In this document: piece after piece, positions 45,552-55,249 of the stretch
Position numbering within the stretch: position 1 is the first letter of the stretch
Layout of the letters: each line of letters starts with the position of its first letter
Origin: Pirellulales bacterium
Lineage (GTDB): Bacteria; Planctomycetota; Planctomycetia; Pirellulales; UBA1268
DNA length: 58,797 nucleotides
Assembly: GCA_032117045.1 (NCBI GenBank)
Contig: JAUMAF010000032.1
Coordinates: forward strand, 1-58,797
Reading direction: 5' to 3'
Made by a program: the position numbers and the translations under genes
The notes under the pieces: model-generated
Database searches by the model: none
Seen by the model: the letters and a program-made list of their open reading frames with translations, nothing else
Told to the model about the DNA's origin: nothing

Positions 45552-48500
45552 ATGACTTGCTGCCACCGGAGGCGGCCCGCCGATCGCGGGGCCGCTGTTC
45601 GTGTTGTGATCGTGCTGGCCCTCGCCGCCCTCGTGGGATCTCGCTCTCACGCCGAGGTTCTTCTCTACAACTACCTGCAGAACAGCACGGCAAGCTTCAC
45701 CGGCTCCGGCTACACCTACAACGCCTACGACTTCCGAGACAACCGTGAGGCGCTGGCCGAGCGGTTCGTCACCCAGGTGGGCGGCAACGTCATCACCGAC
45801 GTCAAGGTGAATCTCTGGACCGGACTCCCCAACGCGGGAACATTCACGGTCAGCCTCTACTCCGACAGCTCGAACGCCGTTGGCACGAGAGTTGCCACCC
45901 TGGGCACCCGCGACCTTTCCACAATCTATGCCGCAGCCCCTGGGACCCTGACTTCCACCACCTTCAGCGGCCTGAGCCTCGGCCTGACGCCCACCACCTC
46001 CTACTGGATCGTGGTGGAGAACAGTTCCGGCGTCGTCGGCAGTGGGATGTACTGGGGCCTCGGCGGCACCGGCTCCAGCGCCTACGTGTCGCCGAACCCC
46101 ACGTCCGCGGCGAGGTTCAACTTCTATACCACTCCCCAATGGTCGAATGTCAGCGTGCCGGCGCTCGGCATGCAGGTCACCGCCGTGCCCGAGCCGGCAG
46201 CCGGAGACGTCACCTGGAACGTCCCCTCGGGCAACTGGAATGTGGGCAGCAACTGGTCGGGTGGACTCACGCCCTTCGCCAGCGGCACCGCGATCATCGA
46301 TGGCGGCCGGACGGCGCTGCTGGGGAGCGGCGGCGTCGGCACGGCGTCCAGGGCCATCGTCGCGAACACCTCCACCGGCACGATGAGCCTCTCCGGCGGG
46401 CAGTTGACGGCCACTTCGAGCATCGTGGGCATGAGCCAAGGGTCGAACGGCACCGTGACCATCAGCAGCGGCTCCTGGACGAACAGCGGCGATCTCGAGC
46501 TTGGCCGTTCCGGCACCGCGACGATGCAGATCTCCGGCGGCAGGGTGAGCAATGCCACCGGCTACCTCGGCAACTACTACGTGACCGTTGGAGCACAGTC
46601 CAGAGGAAGCGCGACCGTCACCGGCGGCACCTGGGCCAATACAGGCGACCTCTACGTGGGCTGGTCGGGCGTGGGATCGCTCACCGTCAACGGCGGCAAC
46701 GTGACCAATGCCAACGGCATCATCGCCCACCTGCAGGGCTCCAGCGGCAGCGCCACGATCACGGGAGGCACGTGGGCCACGGCCGGCAGCATGGTCGTCG
46801 GTGGCTCCGGCAGCGCGACGATGACCCTCACCGGTGGTGCGGTGCGGGTGAACAGCGGCACGGGAATCCTCACGCTGGCTTCGGCGGCCGGGTCAGTCGG
46901 CACGCTGAACCTCGGAACCGGCACGACGGTGGGCACGCTCGTCACGAGCACGATCACGGGCGGCGCGGGCACCGGCACGGTGAACGTCAACGTCCCGGGC
47001 ACCTACACTCTATCGACGCCGCTCACCGGCACGCTCGCGGTGAACCAGGCCGGCAGCGGCATCATGATCCTCCGCGGCAGCAACACCTACGCTGGCACCA
47101 CCAGCGTGACCGCGGGCTCTCTGCAGGTCGACTCGAATGCCCGCATGGGCTCGAGCGCGCTGACGCTCAACGGCGGTAGATTCCGCTTCGGAGCGGCCTT
47201 CAACGACCTGCGTGCGATCACGCTTGGCACGAACAGCGGCACGCTCGATACGAACGGATTCTCCGTAGCCTCCTCGTCGGTGATCACCGGTAGCGGCGGC
47301 CTGACGAAAACGGGGTTCGGGGGTCTCACGCTTTCGGCGTCGAACAGTTACAGCGGGGGCACCACCATCACCACCGGCAAGGTGACGGTGACCAGCGGCG
47401 GTTCGATCAACCACGCCGCCAATGCCGTGACGATCGCCTTCGGTTCGACGGACGCGGCCGCCCTCGGGATTTCAGGAGGCAGCGTGACCTCCAGCACCGG
47501 ATTTCTGGGCGCTGCCGCGGGCTCGAGCGGCGGTGCCACGGTCACAAGCGGCACCTGGGCCAGCGTGAGCGATCTGTATGTCGGGTATTCGGGCACGGGC
47601 GCGCTGGTCATCGACGGAGGCCGCGTGTCCAACGTGCATGGCTTCGTGGCCAACAACGCGGGCTCCAGCGGATCCGTCACGGTCACGAGCGGCACCTGGG
47701 CCAACAGCGGGAACCTCGAGGTTGGATCGAGCGGCAACGGCTCCCTGGTCGTCAGTGGCGGGAGCGTGACCAACACCACCGGATACGTCGGCAGCGGCGG
47801 GGCCAGCACGGCGACGATCAGCGGCGGCACCTGGGCGAACAGTACCGCGCTCTTCATCGGGCTTGCCACCAACGGCACGCTCAACCTCACGGGGAGCGGC
47901 GCGGTGACCGTGGGCGCCGGGAGCGGGACCGTGACGCTTGCCCGCTACTCGGGAGCCAGTGCCACGCTGAACATAGGAACCGGCGGCGCGGCAGGCACGC
48001 TCACCGCGGGGATCGTCACGGGCTCCCGAGCCGGGGCGGCCGTGAACTTCAACCACACGGGCGACACCACCTTCGCACCGGCGATGATCGGCACGCTTGC
48101 CGTCACCAAGGCCGGTCCCGGCACGACGACCCTGAGCGGCATTAACACCTTCACGGGCACCACGACGGTCTCGGCCGGTCTGTTGCAGATCGACGCCGAC
48201 TCGAGACTCGGTGCGAGCACGCTCACGCTCACCGGCGGTGGCATCCGCTACGGCGCGGCGTTCAACGATCTCCGCGCCGCCACCCTGAGCGGCAGCGGCG
48301 GCACCTTCGACACCAACGGTTTCACCGTCTCGAATGCCTTGGCCCTCTCCGGCACCGGCGGGGTGACGAAGACGGGGCTTGGCTCGCTCACCCTGGCTGG
48401 CAACAAGAGCTACAGCGGCGGGACCACGATCACGCAGGGCACGCTCGTCGCCGGCGCCGCCGGCGCATTTGGCAGCAGTGGAATCATCGTATCCGGCGCG

Positions 48501-49220
48501 GGCACGCTCGATCTTGGCGGATATGCGGTGACCAACGTGATCACCAACGCCGGCGGATCGATTGTCAATGCCGCCGCGTACGGCGGGAGCCAGTCAGTGA
48601 CGGGCACCGTCTCGATAACCGGCACGATCGGGGGGACGGTGACCGTCACGGCTGCTGGTGAACTCAAAGGCAACCAGACCGTGTTTAACGGCCCGGTGTC
48701 GCTGGCGGCCGGGGCGCGGCATTCCCCGGGAACTTCACCGGGCACCCAGAGCTTCACGTCCGGACTCTCCTACGACGCCGGATCGATCCTCACCTGGGAA
48801 CTGGTCGCCAACTCCGGCACGGGGGCCGGCACGAATTACGACTTCCTGAGCGTCACCGGGGGAAGCCTGTCGATCGCAGACGGAGCGACGCTGGACCTCG
48901 TCTTCGATGGCGGCGGCTCGAGTGTTGCTTGGAACGATCCCTTCTGGAACGCCGGCCATTCTTGGACGATCATCGACATCTCGGGCTCGGCGTCGAGCAC
49001 GGGCGACTTCACGCTGGGAATGATCGGCAACGATGCCGTCGGGCAGTCGCTGCTCTCGGTGCGGCCGCTCGCCTCGTTCGAGATCGACCGCAGCGGCTCC
49101 GACGTGCTCGTCACCTACGTTGTTCCAGAGCCCTCGACGCTCACGACGGCAGTCCTGGGCCTGGCCTTTGGCTGGAGCGCCCTGCTCCGGCGGCGCGGCT
49201 GCCGCTACTCGAGTCCGTAG
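45552..49220 (+). CDS. Giant PEP-CTERM-anchored surface protein built of autotransporter-associated beta-strand repeats
   Basis: Signal-like AAVRVVIVLALAALVGSRSHA. Reiterated G-rich beta-strand repeats (ISGGxVSNxxGxxG, TGGTWANxG). C-terminus VVPEPSTLTTAVLGLAFGWSALLRRRG. Confidence 0.88.
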   Translation: MTCCHRRRPADRGAAVRVVIVLALAALVGSRSHAEVLLYNYLQNSTASFTGSGYTYNAYDFRDNREALAERFVTQVGGNVITDVKVNLWTGLPNAGTFTVSLYSDSSNAVGTRVATLGTRDLSTIYAAAPGTLTSTTFSGLSLGLTPTTSYWIVVENSSGVVGSGMYWGLGGTGSSAYVSPNPTSAARFNFYTTPQWSNVSVPALGMQVTAVPEPAAGDVTWNVPSGNWNVGSNWSGGLTPFASGTAIIDGGRTALLGSGGVGTASRAIVANTSTGTMSLSGGQLTATSSIVGMSQGSNGTVTISSGSWTNSGDLELGRSGTATMQISGGRVSNATGYLGNYYVTVGAQSRGSATVTGGTWANTGDLYVGWSGVGSLTVNGGNVTNANGIIAHLQGSSGSATITGGTWATAGSMVVGGSGSATMTLTGGAVRVNSGTGILTLASAAGSVGTLNLGTGTTVGTLVTSTITGGAGTGTVNVNVPGTYTLSTPLTGTLAVNQAGSGIMILRGSNTYAGTTSVTAGSLQVDSNARMGSSALTLNGGRFRFGAAFNDLRAITLGTNSGTLDTNGFSVASSSVITGSGGLTKTGFGGLTLSASNSYSGGTTITTGKVTVTSGGSINHAANAVTIAFGSTDAAALGISGGSVTSSTGFLGAAAGSSGGATVTSGTWASVSDLYVGYSGTGALVIDGGRVSNVHGFVANNAGSSGSVTVTSGTWANSGNLEVGSSGNGSLVVSGGSVTNTTGYVGSGGASTATISGGTWANSTALFIGLATNGTLNLTGSGAVTVGAGSGTVTLARYSGASATLNIGTGGAAGTLTAGIVTGSRAGAAVNFNHTGDTTFAPAMIGTLAVTKAGPGTTTLSGINTFTGTTTVSAGLLQIDADSRLGASTLTLTGGGIRYGAAFNDLRAATLSGSGGTFDTNGFTVSNALALSGTGGVTKTGLGSLTLAGNKSYSGGTTITQGTLVAGAAGAFGSSGIIVSGAGTLDLGGYAVTNVITNAGGSIVNAAAYGGSQSVTGTVSITGTIGGTVTVTAAGELKGNQTVFNGPVSLAAGARHSPGTSPGTQSFTSGLSYDAGSILTWELVANSGTGAGTNYDFLSVTGGSLSIADGATLDLVFDGGGSSVAWNDPFWNAGHSWTIIDISGSASSTGDFTLGMIGNDAVGQSLLSVRPLASFEIDRSGSDVLVTYVVPEPSTLTTAVLGLAFGWSALLRRRGCRYSSP

Positions 49221-52200
49221 GCGCCGGCGACCGGGATGTCGATGCCGGAGCGGCTGGCGAACTGCGTCCGCGAGAGGAACCGCGGCTCGAGGTTGAAGGT
49301 CACGCCGACGTTGTTGCGGCTGTAATCGACGTTGAAGCCAAACGTCATCAAGAAGGCCTCGCCGATCCGCACCAGCTGAAAGTTCTGGCCGATGTTGCGG
49401 CCGGTCAGGTCGATCGCCGATCCGAAGGAGCTCGCCCACTTTGGGCTCATGCGATAGGTGTAGGAGCCGGTCAAAACCGAGGCGCTGATCGGCCCGCCAA
49501 ACTGGTTGAAGCCGATGTAGAAGCTGCCCCGCGGTGTGCGATTGAGGAGTGCGCCAAGCGTGTAGAGCTGCTGGCCGCCGTTGAAGAAATCGACGTCAGC
49601 CGTGGAGAGCACCGCCGTGCGGTCGCCAACGTGCCAGCGGAAGTCGTACTGCCAGAGGCCCATCGCCTGGCCGAAGTTTTGGCTGTCGACCGGAAACAGT
49701 TCGCCGTCGATGTCGAGCGTGATCCAGTCAATGATCCTGCGGTTGCCGATCGGACCCCGCTTCGTCTGCCACCGCTGCCGCGCCGCCAGCCGAAACACCG
49801 ACAGGTCGTTGGCGATTTCGGTGGGTCCGGTCACCCAGCTACCGAGGCCGCGGCGAACCGCATAGCTCCTGGGGTCATATTTGTTGTCGGGTCCAAAAAT
49901 GAAGGGCGCCGACAGGGGAGTCGGATACCCGCCCCCCCGTGGAGCATTGAAATCCCAGTAGGGAATGTTGCGGCGATACTGGTTGATCGCGTCGTCGTCG
50001 ATCTGATCGTAGAGCGGCAACTCGTCGATGTTCTGCGTGGAGTTGGCGTAGGAGAACTCGGCCTCAAACACGACCTTGTGGGCGAGCCCGTGGAGGTTCC
50101 AGAGCTGGCTCTCGACCGTGTTGTCGGCGGACCACATCGGCATACTCGACCGGATGCCCACCTGGCCGTAGGCACGGTCGAGGGGAGAGCCGTCGAGGGC
50201 CTCGCCCCAGTGCGCGAGTTCGCCGAGCGCGTAGGGAACAACCTTGACCGCCCCCGCCTGGAACGGCAGATCGAGCTCCTGCCGAGTGGCCACCCGCTCG
50301 CCGAGCACGTTGCTCTCGTAGGGAAGCAGCGTCCAGATGTTTCGGCCTTGGCCTTTCGTCGGCGTCTGGGGCACGCTCTGCCGCGCATAAGCGAGGCTCG
50401 AGTGCTCGTACCACGAGACCGCGTCGCGGAGCAGCGGCTGACCCATGAAGTAGTGGTCGAGCCTGGGCCACCACTCAGTCTGCGTCAGGAAGGGATTCAG
50501 CCGCACGCTGGAGAGCAGTCGCAGTTCGCGGTTTTCAACCGGCCGCCTGAGATCGAGCCACGTCCGCTGCTCGTAGCCTTCCTCCCATTCGGCCTCGTAG
50601 TATTCCTCGAGGAAGTTCATGTCGCTGATCCAGCCGGCGGTGCCGCGGGCCTGCCAGCCGCCGAAGATGCTGTCGGTGGTGCCCCCGAGATCCTGGCGAT
50701 GCCGCCAGAAGGAACGGCCGCGGAAGGTGCGGTCCGGATAGCCGGGGTAGGTGAAGTCGCGCCGCTCGTAGCCGAGGTTGTCCTTGCCCACGTCGCCGAT
50801 GAACCAGGCGTCGAGGTCGCCGCTGGCGGGAGTGCCGAGCCCCAGGAACGAGGGGCGGTTGTAGAGCAACGACGTGCCCCCGCCCGGGCCGCGAAGGCTC
50901 AGGTAGTCGACATCGAAATCCCAATCGACGCCGTCGGGTGGCCGCTGCCAGCCGAAGACCTGGAAGGCGTCCCAGCCGGTGAGGATCTGAGTGCCGAAGA
51001 TCTGGTCGTTCTTGAGCTGCAGGTCGTTGATATAGAAAGTCGGCTTCTTGGCATTCGTGGCCAGGATCGGCCACCAGAGCACGGGCACCCCACCGAGCGT
51101 GACCGTGTTGCCACGGCTGGTGATGAACTGCTGGTGTTCGACCGAGGGCTCACCGGTCGCTGGATCGATCGCGGGCTGACCGAAGGGGCCGGCGAGGGGA
51201 ACCTGCTCGTCGGTGAACTCGAGCTCGCGCGACCGGAACTCCCACGTCGGCACTCCCAACCGGCTCGACGTCAGGCCCGTCTTCTGGGCGACGAACCGGC
51301 TGCGATCCACCTGGCGGAGCACGTCGGCGCGAAGCCGCACGGCTCCGGAGTAGTTGTCGACCGGCGTGAGCACGGTCGCGCCGGTGATCACACCGCTCGA
51401 CCTGGGCACGTCGTAAAACATATTCGCCGCCTCGACGACCCGCTGCCCCTGACGGAAGACGACGTTGCCCTCCATGTAGAGTTCGAGCGGCACGTCGGCG
51501 GCCTGGCCCGCGGTGCCGTCGAGATCGGGCTGGGCCGAGCCACGGGTCCAGATCACGAGCCGGTCGGAGGAGATGTCGAGCGGCCCGGCCGGGTCGACGC
51601 CGTCGATCACGAGATTCACGCCCGAGGTGATCACGGCAATCCACTCGTTGCCCGACGGGCTCGGCAGCCACTTGATGTCGAGGGGCACACTCGACCGCGG
51701 GAAGGCACGCAGCCGGCGGACCGGCGCTGCGGCGGTCACCGGCGGCGCGGCCGGCGCGCCGAACTCGCTGAACTGAGTCTGCTCGATCGGCGACTCCTCG
51801 AAGGCCGCCTGTTCGACTCCCGAAGCCTCTGCCGCCTGGGCCTTGACCCCGATGGCTGACGGCTCGACAGGCTGCTCGTAGAGCGGAGGGGTGCCGGTGG
51901 TGCCGACCACGCTGGCGAAGTCGAGCCGCGGATCGCGGAGCGTCCAGAAGCGGCCCGCCCATCGCGGCCCACGAACGGTCCCGGCTGCGGAGTCGCCGAC
52001 GGCCCGCGACGTCACCGTCACGTCGCCGGCCATGCGGACAAGCATGCTCCGCACGCGTGGCGCTGAGGGGGCGTCGCCCTCGCTCTCTCCTGTTTCAGCG
52101 TCCGTCGGCGACGGCTGCTCGATCCAAACGACGGCTTCATGAGCCGCTGCTTCGGTCGATCCCTGCACGATCGTGACTCCTCCCGTGAGATGCCAGACCT

Positions 52201-52534
52201 CATAGGCGCCTTCGGTCCATCGCGCCGCCTGCGTCGCCCGCACGGTCAGCGGCTCGGCGGGATCGGCCGCCGGCACCTCGATGCGACCTGCTTCGGCGAT
52301 CGCCGCGGCCAGGCCGCGAGCCGGCAGCGCTACGAGCGCGCCGGCGCTCGCCTCTGGGGTGAAGACCGTGTCATCTGCCCACGTGGGCCATGCCATCACT
52401 CCACCTGCGATCACCAGCGCGAGCATCGCGGCAAGGAGCCTCGGCGACGAGCCGCGCGCAGAAGGGCTCACGGGGCCCGCGCGAAGGCGCGGACTGCGGT
52501 GATGACGTGCCGATAGGGTGGCGCGGTGCTGCAC
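49205..52534 (-). CDS. LptD/OstA-like outer-membrane LPS-assembly protein
   Basis: Signal LLAAMLALVIAGGVMAWPTWA. OstA-like N-terminal segments (VRATQAARWTEGAYEVWHLTGGVTIVQG; ELYMEGNVVFRQGQRVVEAANMFYD). A long aromatic-rich C-terminal beta-barrel-like region. Assignment is by pattern only. Confidence 0.55.
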   Translation of the reverse strand: MQHRATLSARHHRSPRLRAGPVSPSARGSSPRLLAAMLALVIAGGVMAWPTWADDTVFTPEASAGALVALPARGLAAAIAEAGRIEVPAADPAEPLTVRATQAARWTEGAYEVWHLTGGVTIVQGSTEAAAHEAVVWIEQPSPTDAETGESEGDAPSAPRVRSMLVRMAGDVTVTSRAVGDSAAGTVRGPRWAGRFWTLRDPRLDFASVVGTTGTPPLYEQPVEPSAIGVKAQAAEASGVEQAAFEESPIEQTQFSEFGAPAAPPVTAAAPVRRLRAFPRSSVPLDIKWLPSPSGNEWIAVITSGVNLVIDGVDPAGPLDISSDRLVIWTRGSAQPDLDGTAGQAADVPLELYMEGNVVFRQGQRVVEAANMFYDVPRSSGVITGATVLTPVDNYSGAVRLRADVLRQVDRSRFVAQKTGLTSSRLGVPTWEFRSRELEFTDEQVPLAGPFGQPAIDPATGEPSVEHQQFITSRGNTVTLGGVPVLWWPILATNAKKPTFYINDLQLKNDQIFGTQILTGWDAFQVFGWQRPPDGVDWDFDVDYLSLRGPGGGTSLLYNRPSFLGLGTPASGDLDAWFIGDVGKDNLGYERRDFTYPGYPDRTFRGRSFWRHRQDLGGTTDSIFGGWQARGTAGWISDMNFLEEYYEAEWEEGYEQRTWLDLRRPVENRELRLLSSVRLNPFLTQTEWWPRLDHYFMGQPLLRDAVSWYEHSSLAYARQSVPQTPTKGQGRNIWTLLPYESNVLGERVATRQELDLPFQAGAVKVVPYALGELAHWGEALDGSPLDRAYGQVGIRSSMPMWSADNTVESQLWNLHGLAHKVVFEAEFSYANSTQNIDELPLYDQIDDDAINQYRRNIPYWDFNAPRGGGYPTPLSAPFIFGPDNKYDPRSYAVRRGLGSWVTGPTEIANDLSVFRLAARQRWQTKRGPIGNRRIIDWITLDIDGELFPVDSQNFGQAMGLWQYDFRWHVGDRTAVLSTADVDFFNGGQQLYTLGALLNRTPRGSFYIGFNQFGGPISASVLTGSYTYRMSPKWASSFGSAIDLTGRNIGQNFQLVRIGEAFLMTFGFNVDYSRNNVGVTFNLEPRFLSRTQFASRSGIDIPVAGAYGLE

Positions 52535-52831
52535 TCGGGCTGTCCGCTCGGGGCGGGAATGCTCTCGGGACCGGGAAAATCGCGGGTTTATAGGGGTGTT
52601 CGCGAACGCGGGTCAAGGCATCGCGACCGCCGGGTTGCGTCTGCAAGTCATGGCGGCGCGGGGGGTTACCGATGCGGCCGAAGGCCATGATCTTGGGAGG
52701 CAGAACGCCACTGACGCGCGACGCCTCGAAAGCAGTCGGGGAGGTCCGAGCAACCGGGGAAGGATCCGCCACGGCAGACCGGGAAAAATGCCGCCCCGAC
52801 ATGGAAGGCTCGGTAAGATGGCGTCTTTTGT

Positions 52832-55249
52832 GTGGTCGCATCGCGCAGCCCCCGCCCTCCGAGCGAGTCGCCGACCTTGTCCGTTCCGCCACAGACCGCT
52901 TCAACCGCCCAAAGCCCTGCGGCCTCGTCGTTTGCCGCTCGGATCACGAACTGGCTGATTTTCCACCGCACCAGACTCGCCGCGGTGGCCTTGATCCTGA
53001 CCGCCGTCTCTGTCGAGCGGTCGCAGCACCTCCAGTTCTCCCGGTCGATCGACACCATGTTCGATCGCAGCGACCCCGCGCTCGCCCCCTACGAGCGGAT
53101 GACGCGTGCCTTCGGCTCCAACGAAGTGGTGCTCGCCGCCTATGACGATCCGGAGCTGTTCACGCCGGCCGGGATCGCCCGGCTCCGAGGGCTCACCGCC
53201 GAACTCGGTTCGCTGCCCGGCATCGCCTCCACGACCAGCCTCGCCAGCACACCGCTGGGCGACTCGATCATCGACCTCGACGACGGCTTCACCGCCGGCT
53301 GGGCGCGGCGGCTGGTCTCGCTGCTGGAGGGATATGTCGTAGGGGCCGACCATCGCACGGCTGGCATCGCCTGCGCCCTCGCGCCGCATGCCGCCGACAT
53401 CTCCACGCCCCGGGCACAGGCGGTCTCCCGCGGCGGCACGATCGAGCAACTGCGGGCCCGCATGAAGATCCTCCCGATGGGCACCGTGGCCGGCGAGCCG
53501 GCCATGCTCCATGACGGATTCACGATGCTCACGCGCGACGGCAACCTCCTGGGCACAGGCAGCGGCCTCCTTGCCGGCGGCGTACTGCTCGCCTCGTTCC
53601 GTAGCCTTCGGTGGCTGGTCGTGCCGCTGGCGGTGGTGCTCCTCGCCCTCTGGACCACCCGTGGCCTGCTCGCCGTCGCCGGGCTCAAGCTCACGATGGT
53701 CTCGACCATGCTCTCCGCGATGGTGACCGTGGTCGGGATCGCCACGGTGACCCACGTGATCGTGGAGTTCCGGCGACAGCGGGCGGCAGGCCTCAACCCC
53801 ACCGAGGCGTTGCGGGAGGCGATCACCCTGCTCTTCTGGCCCATCCTCGGGGCGATCGCGACCGATGTGATCGGGTTCGGCTCGCTCGCGGCCAGCAGCG
53901 TCGGGCCGGTCCACGATTTCGGCATCATGACGTCGCTCGGCGCCGGAATGGTGCTCGTGTCGGCGGCGCTCGTGGTGCCGTTTCTGGCGCTCGCCGGACG
54001 CTTCGATTCCGACCCGCAGATGGCCTGGGGCGAGGGGTCGCTCGAACTGGGCCTCGACCAGCTCGTGCAGCGGATCGTGCGACATCCGCTCCCCATTCTC
54101 GCCCTCACGACCGCGGGCGTCGTGGCGGCGATGACGGGCATGCGGTGGCTCACCGTCGAGACCGATTTCACCAAGAACTTTCGCGATTCGAGCCCCACCG
54201 TGGCCTCGTATGACATGGTTGAGTCGCGGCTCGGAGGCGCCGGCGTGTGGGACGTGCTCGTGCCCGCCCGAGAGCCGATCGACGCAGCGCAACTCGAGGC
54301 TGTCGATCACCTGGCCGAACGGCTGCGACACGAGGTCTTGGTGCCCGCTGCCGATGGCCGCATGGTGCCGGCGCTCACGAAGGTGATGAGCATCGCCGAC
54401 GTGCTCTCGGCCGCTCCACTCGTGCCGCGCCGGCTGCAGGCCTTGATGGTGAATGCCATGCTCCGGAAGGATGGCACCGATCAGCCGGCCTTTGTGCGAG
54501 CCCTCGTCGGCCATGACCCTCAGGACGACACGACCTGGTTACGGGTGATGCTCCGCGCCCGCGAGCGGCAGCCTGCCGCCGCCAAGCAGGCCATCATCCG
54601 CCAGGTCCGGCAGATGGCCGCCGAGGCGTATCCCGCCAGCGCCGGCACCCCCGGGGCGGAGGTCACCGGCTTCTTCGTACTCCTGTCACAACTCGTGGAC
54701 CGCATGCTCTCGGATCAGTGGCTCACGTTTCTGATCGCCGCCGCCGGGATCTTTCTCCTTCTGGCCGTCGCCTTTCAGAGTCCGCTCCTGGCAGCCATCG
54801 CGATCATTCCCAACGGCCTGCCGATCTTCGTCGTGCTGGGGCTGATGGGCTGGGCAGGGGAGCGGATCAACATGGGAACGGCGATGATCGCGGCCGTATC
54901 CATGGGACTGTCGGTCGACAGCTCCATCCATTACATCACCGCGTTTCGCCGCCGGCTCGGGGTGGGATCGACCACGGCCGCCCTCGAGGTCGCCCACCAG
55001 ACGGCAGGCCGCGCGATGATCTTCTCAACGCTCGCGCTGGCGATCGGATTCCTGGCGCTTACCACGAGCGGATTCATGCCGACCGTTTCCTTCGGCTGGC
55101 TCTCCTGCCTCACCCTGCTCGGCGGGCTCGTCGGCAACCTCGTGGTGCTGCCGGTGCTGCTGGCCCTGCTGGCCGGATCGCTCGCCCCCGCCTCCGCAGC
55201 AGCTGCGAAACAGGTACAACATCGCCTCCCTCGGAGCCCCCACCCATGA
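52832..55249 (+). CDS. MMPL/RND-superfamily exporter
   Basis: Two blocks of 5-6 TM helices each follow a large soluble loop, the topology of MMPL/HpnN-like RND exporters. The start (GTG 52832) is uncertain. Confidence 0.7.
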   Translation: MVASRSPRPPSESPTLSVPPQTASTAQSPAASSFAARITNWLIFHRTRLAAVALILTAVSVERSQHLQFSRSIDTMFDRSDPALAPYERMTRAFGSNEVVLAAYDDPELFTPAGIARLRGLTAELGSLPGIASTTSLASTPLGDSIIDLDDGFTAGWARRLVSLLEGYVVGADHRTAGIACALAPHAADISTPRAQAVSRGGTIEQLRARMKILPMGTVAGEPAMLHDGFTMLTRDGNLLGTGSGLLAGGVLLASFRSLRWLVVPLAVVLLALWTTRGLLAVAGLKLTMVSTMLSAMVTVVGIATVTHVIVEFRRQRAAGLNPTEALREAITLLFWPILGAIATDVIGFGSLAASSVGPVHDFGIMTSLGAGMVLVSAALVVPFLALAGRFDSDPQMAWGEGSLELGLDQLVQRIVRHPLPILALTTAGVVAAMTGMRWLTVETDFTKNFRDSSPTVASYDMVESRLGGAGVWDVLVPAREPIDAAQLEAVDHLAERLRHEVLVPAADGRMVPALTKVMSIADVLSAAPLVPRRLQALMVNAMLRKDGTDQPAFVRALVGHDPQDDTTWLRVMLRARERQPAAAKQAIIRQVRQMAAEAYPASAGTPGAEVTGFFVLLSQLVDRMLSDQWLTFLIAAAGIFLLLAVAFQSPLLAAIAIIPNGLPIFVVLGLMGWAGERINMGTAMIAAVSMGLSVDSSIHYITAFRRRLGVGSTTAALEVAHQTAGRAMIFSTLALAIGFLALTTSGFMPTVSFGWLSCLTLLGGLVGNLVVLPVLLALLAGSLAPASAAAAKQVQHRLPRSPHP

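Noticed and set aside
52535-52831. Divergent LptD-like / MMPL control region: ttcgcgaa palindrome and a tataaa-like box on the minus strand.
   Set aside because: These are isolated short matches without a properly spaced -35 hexamer or a repeated operator. Not enough evidence to annotate.
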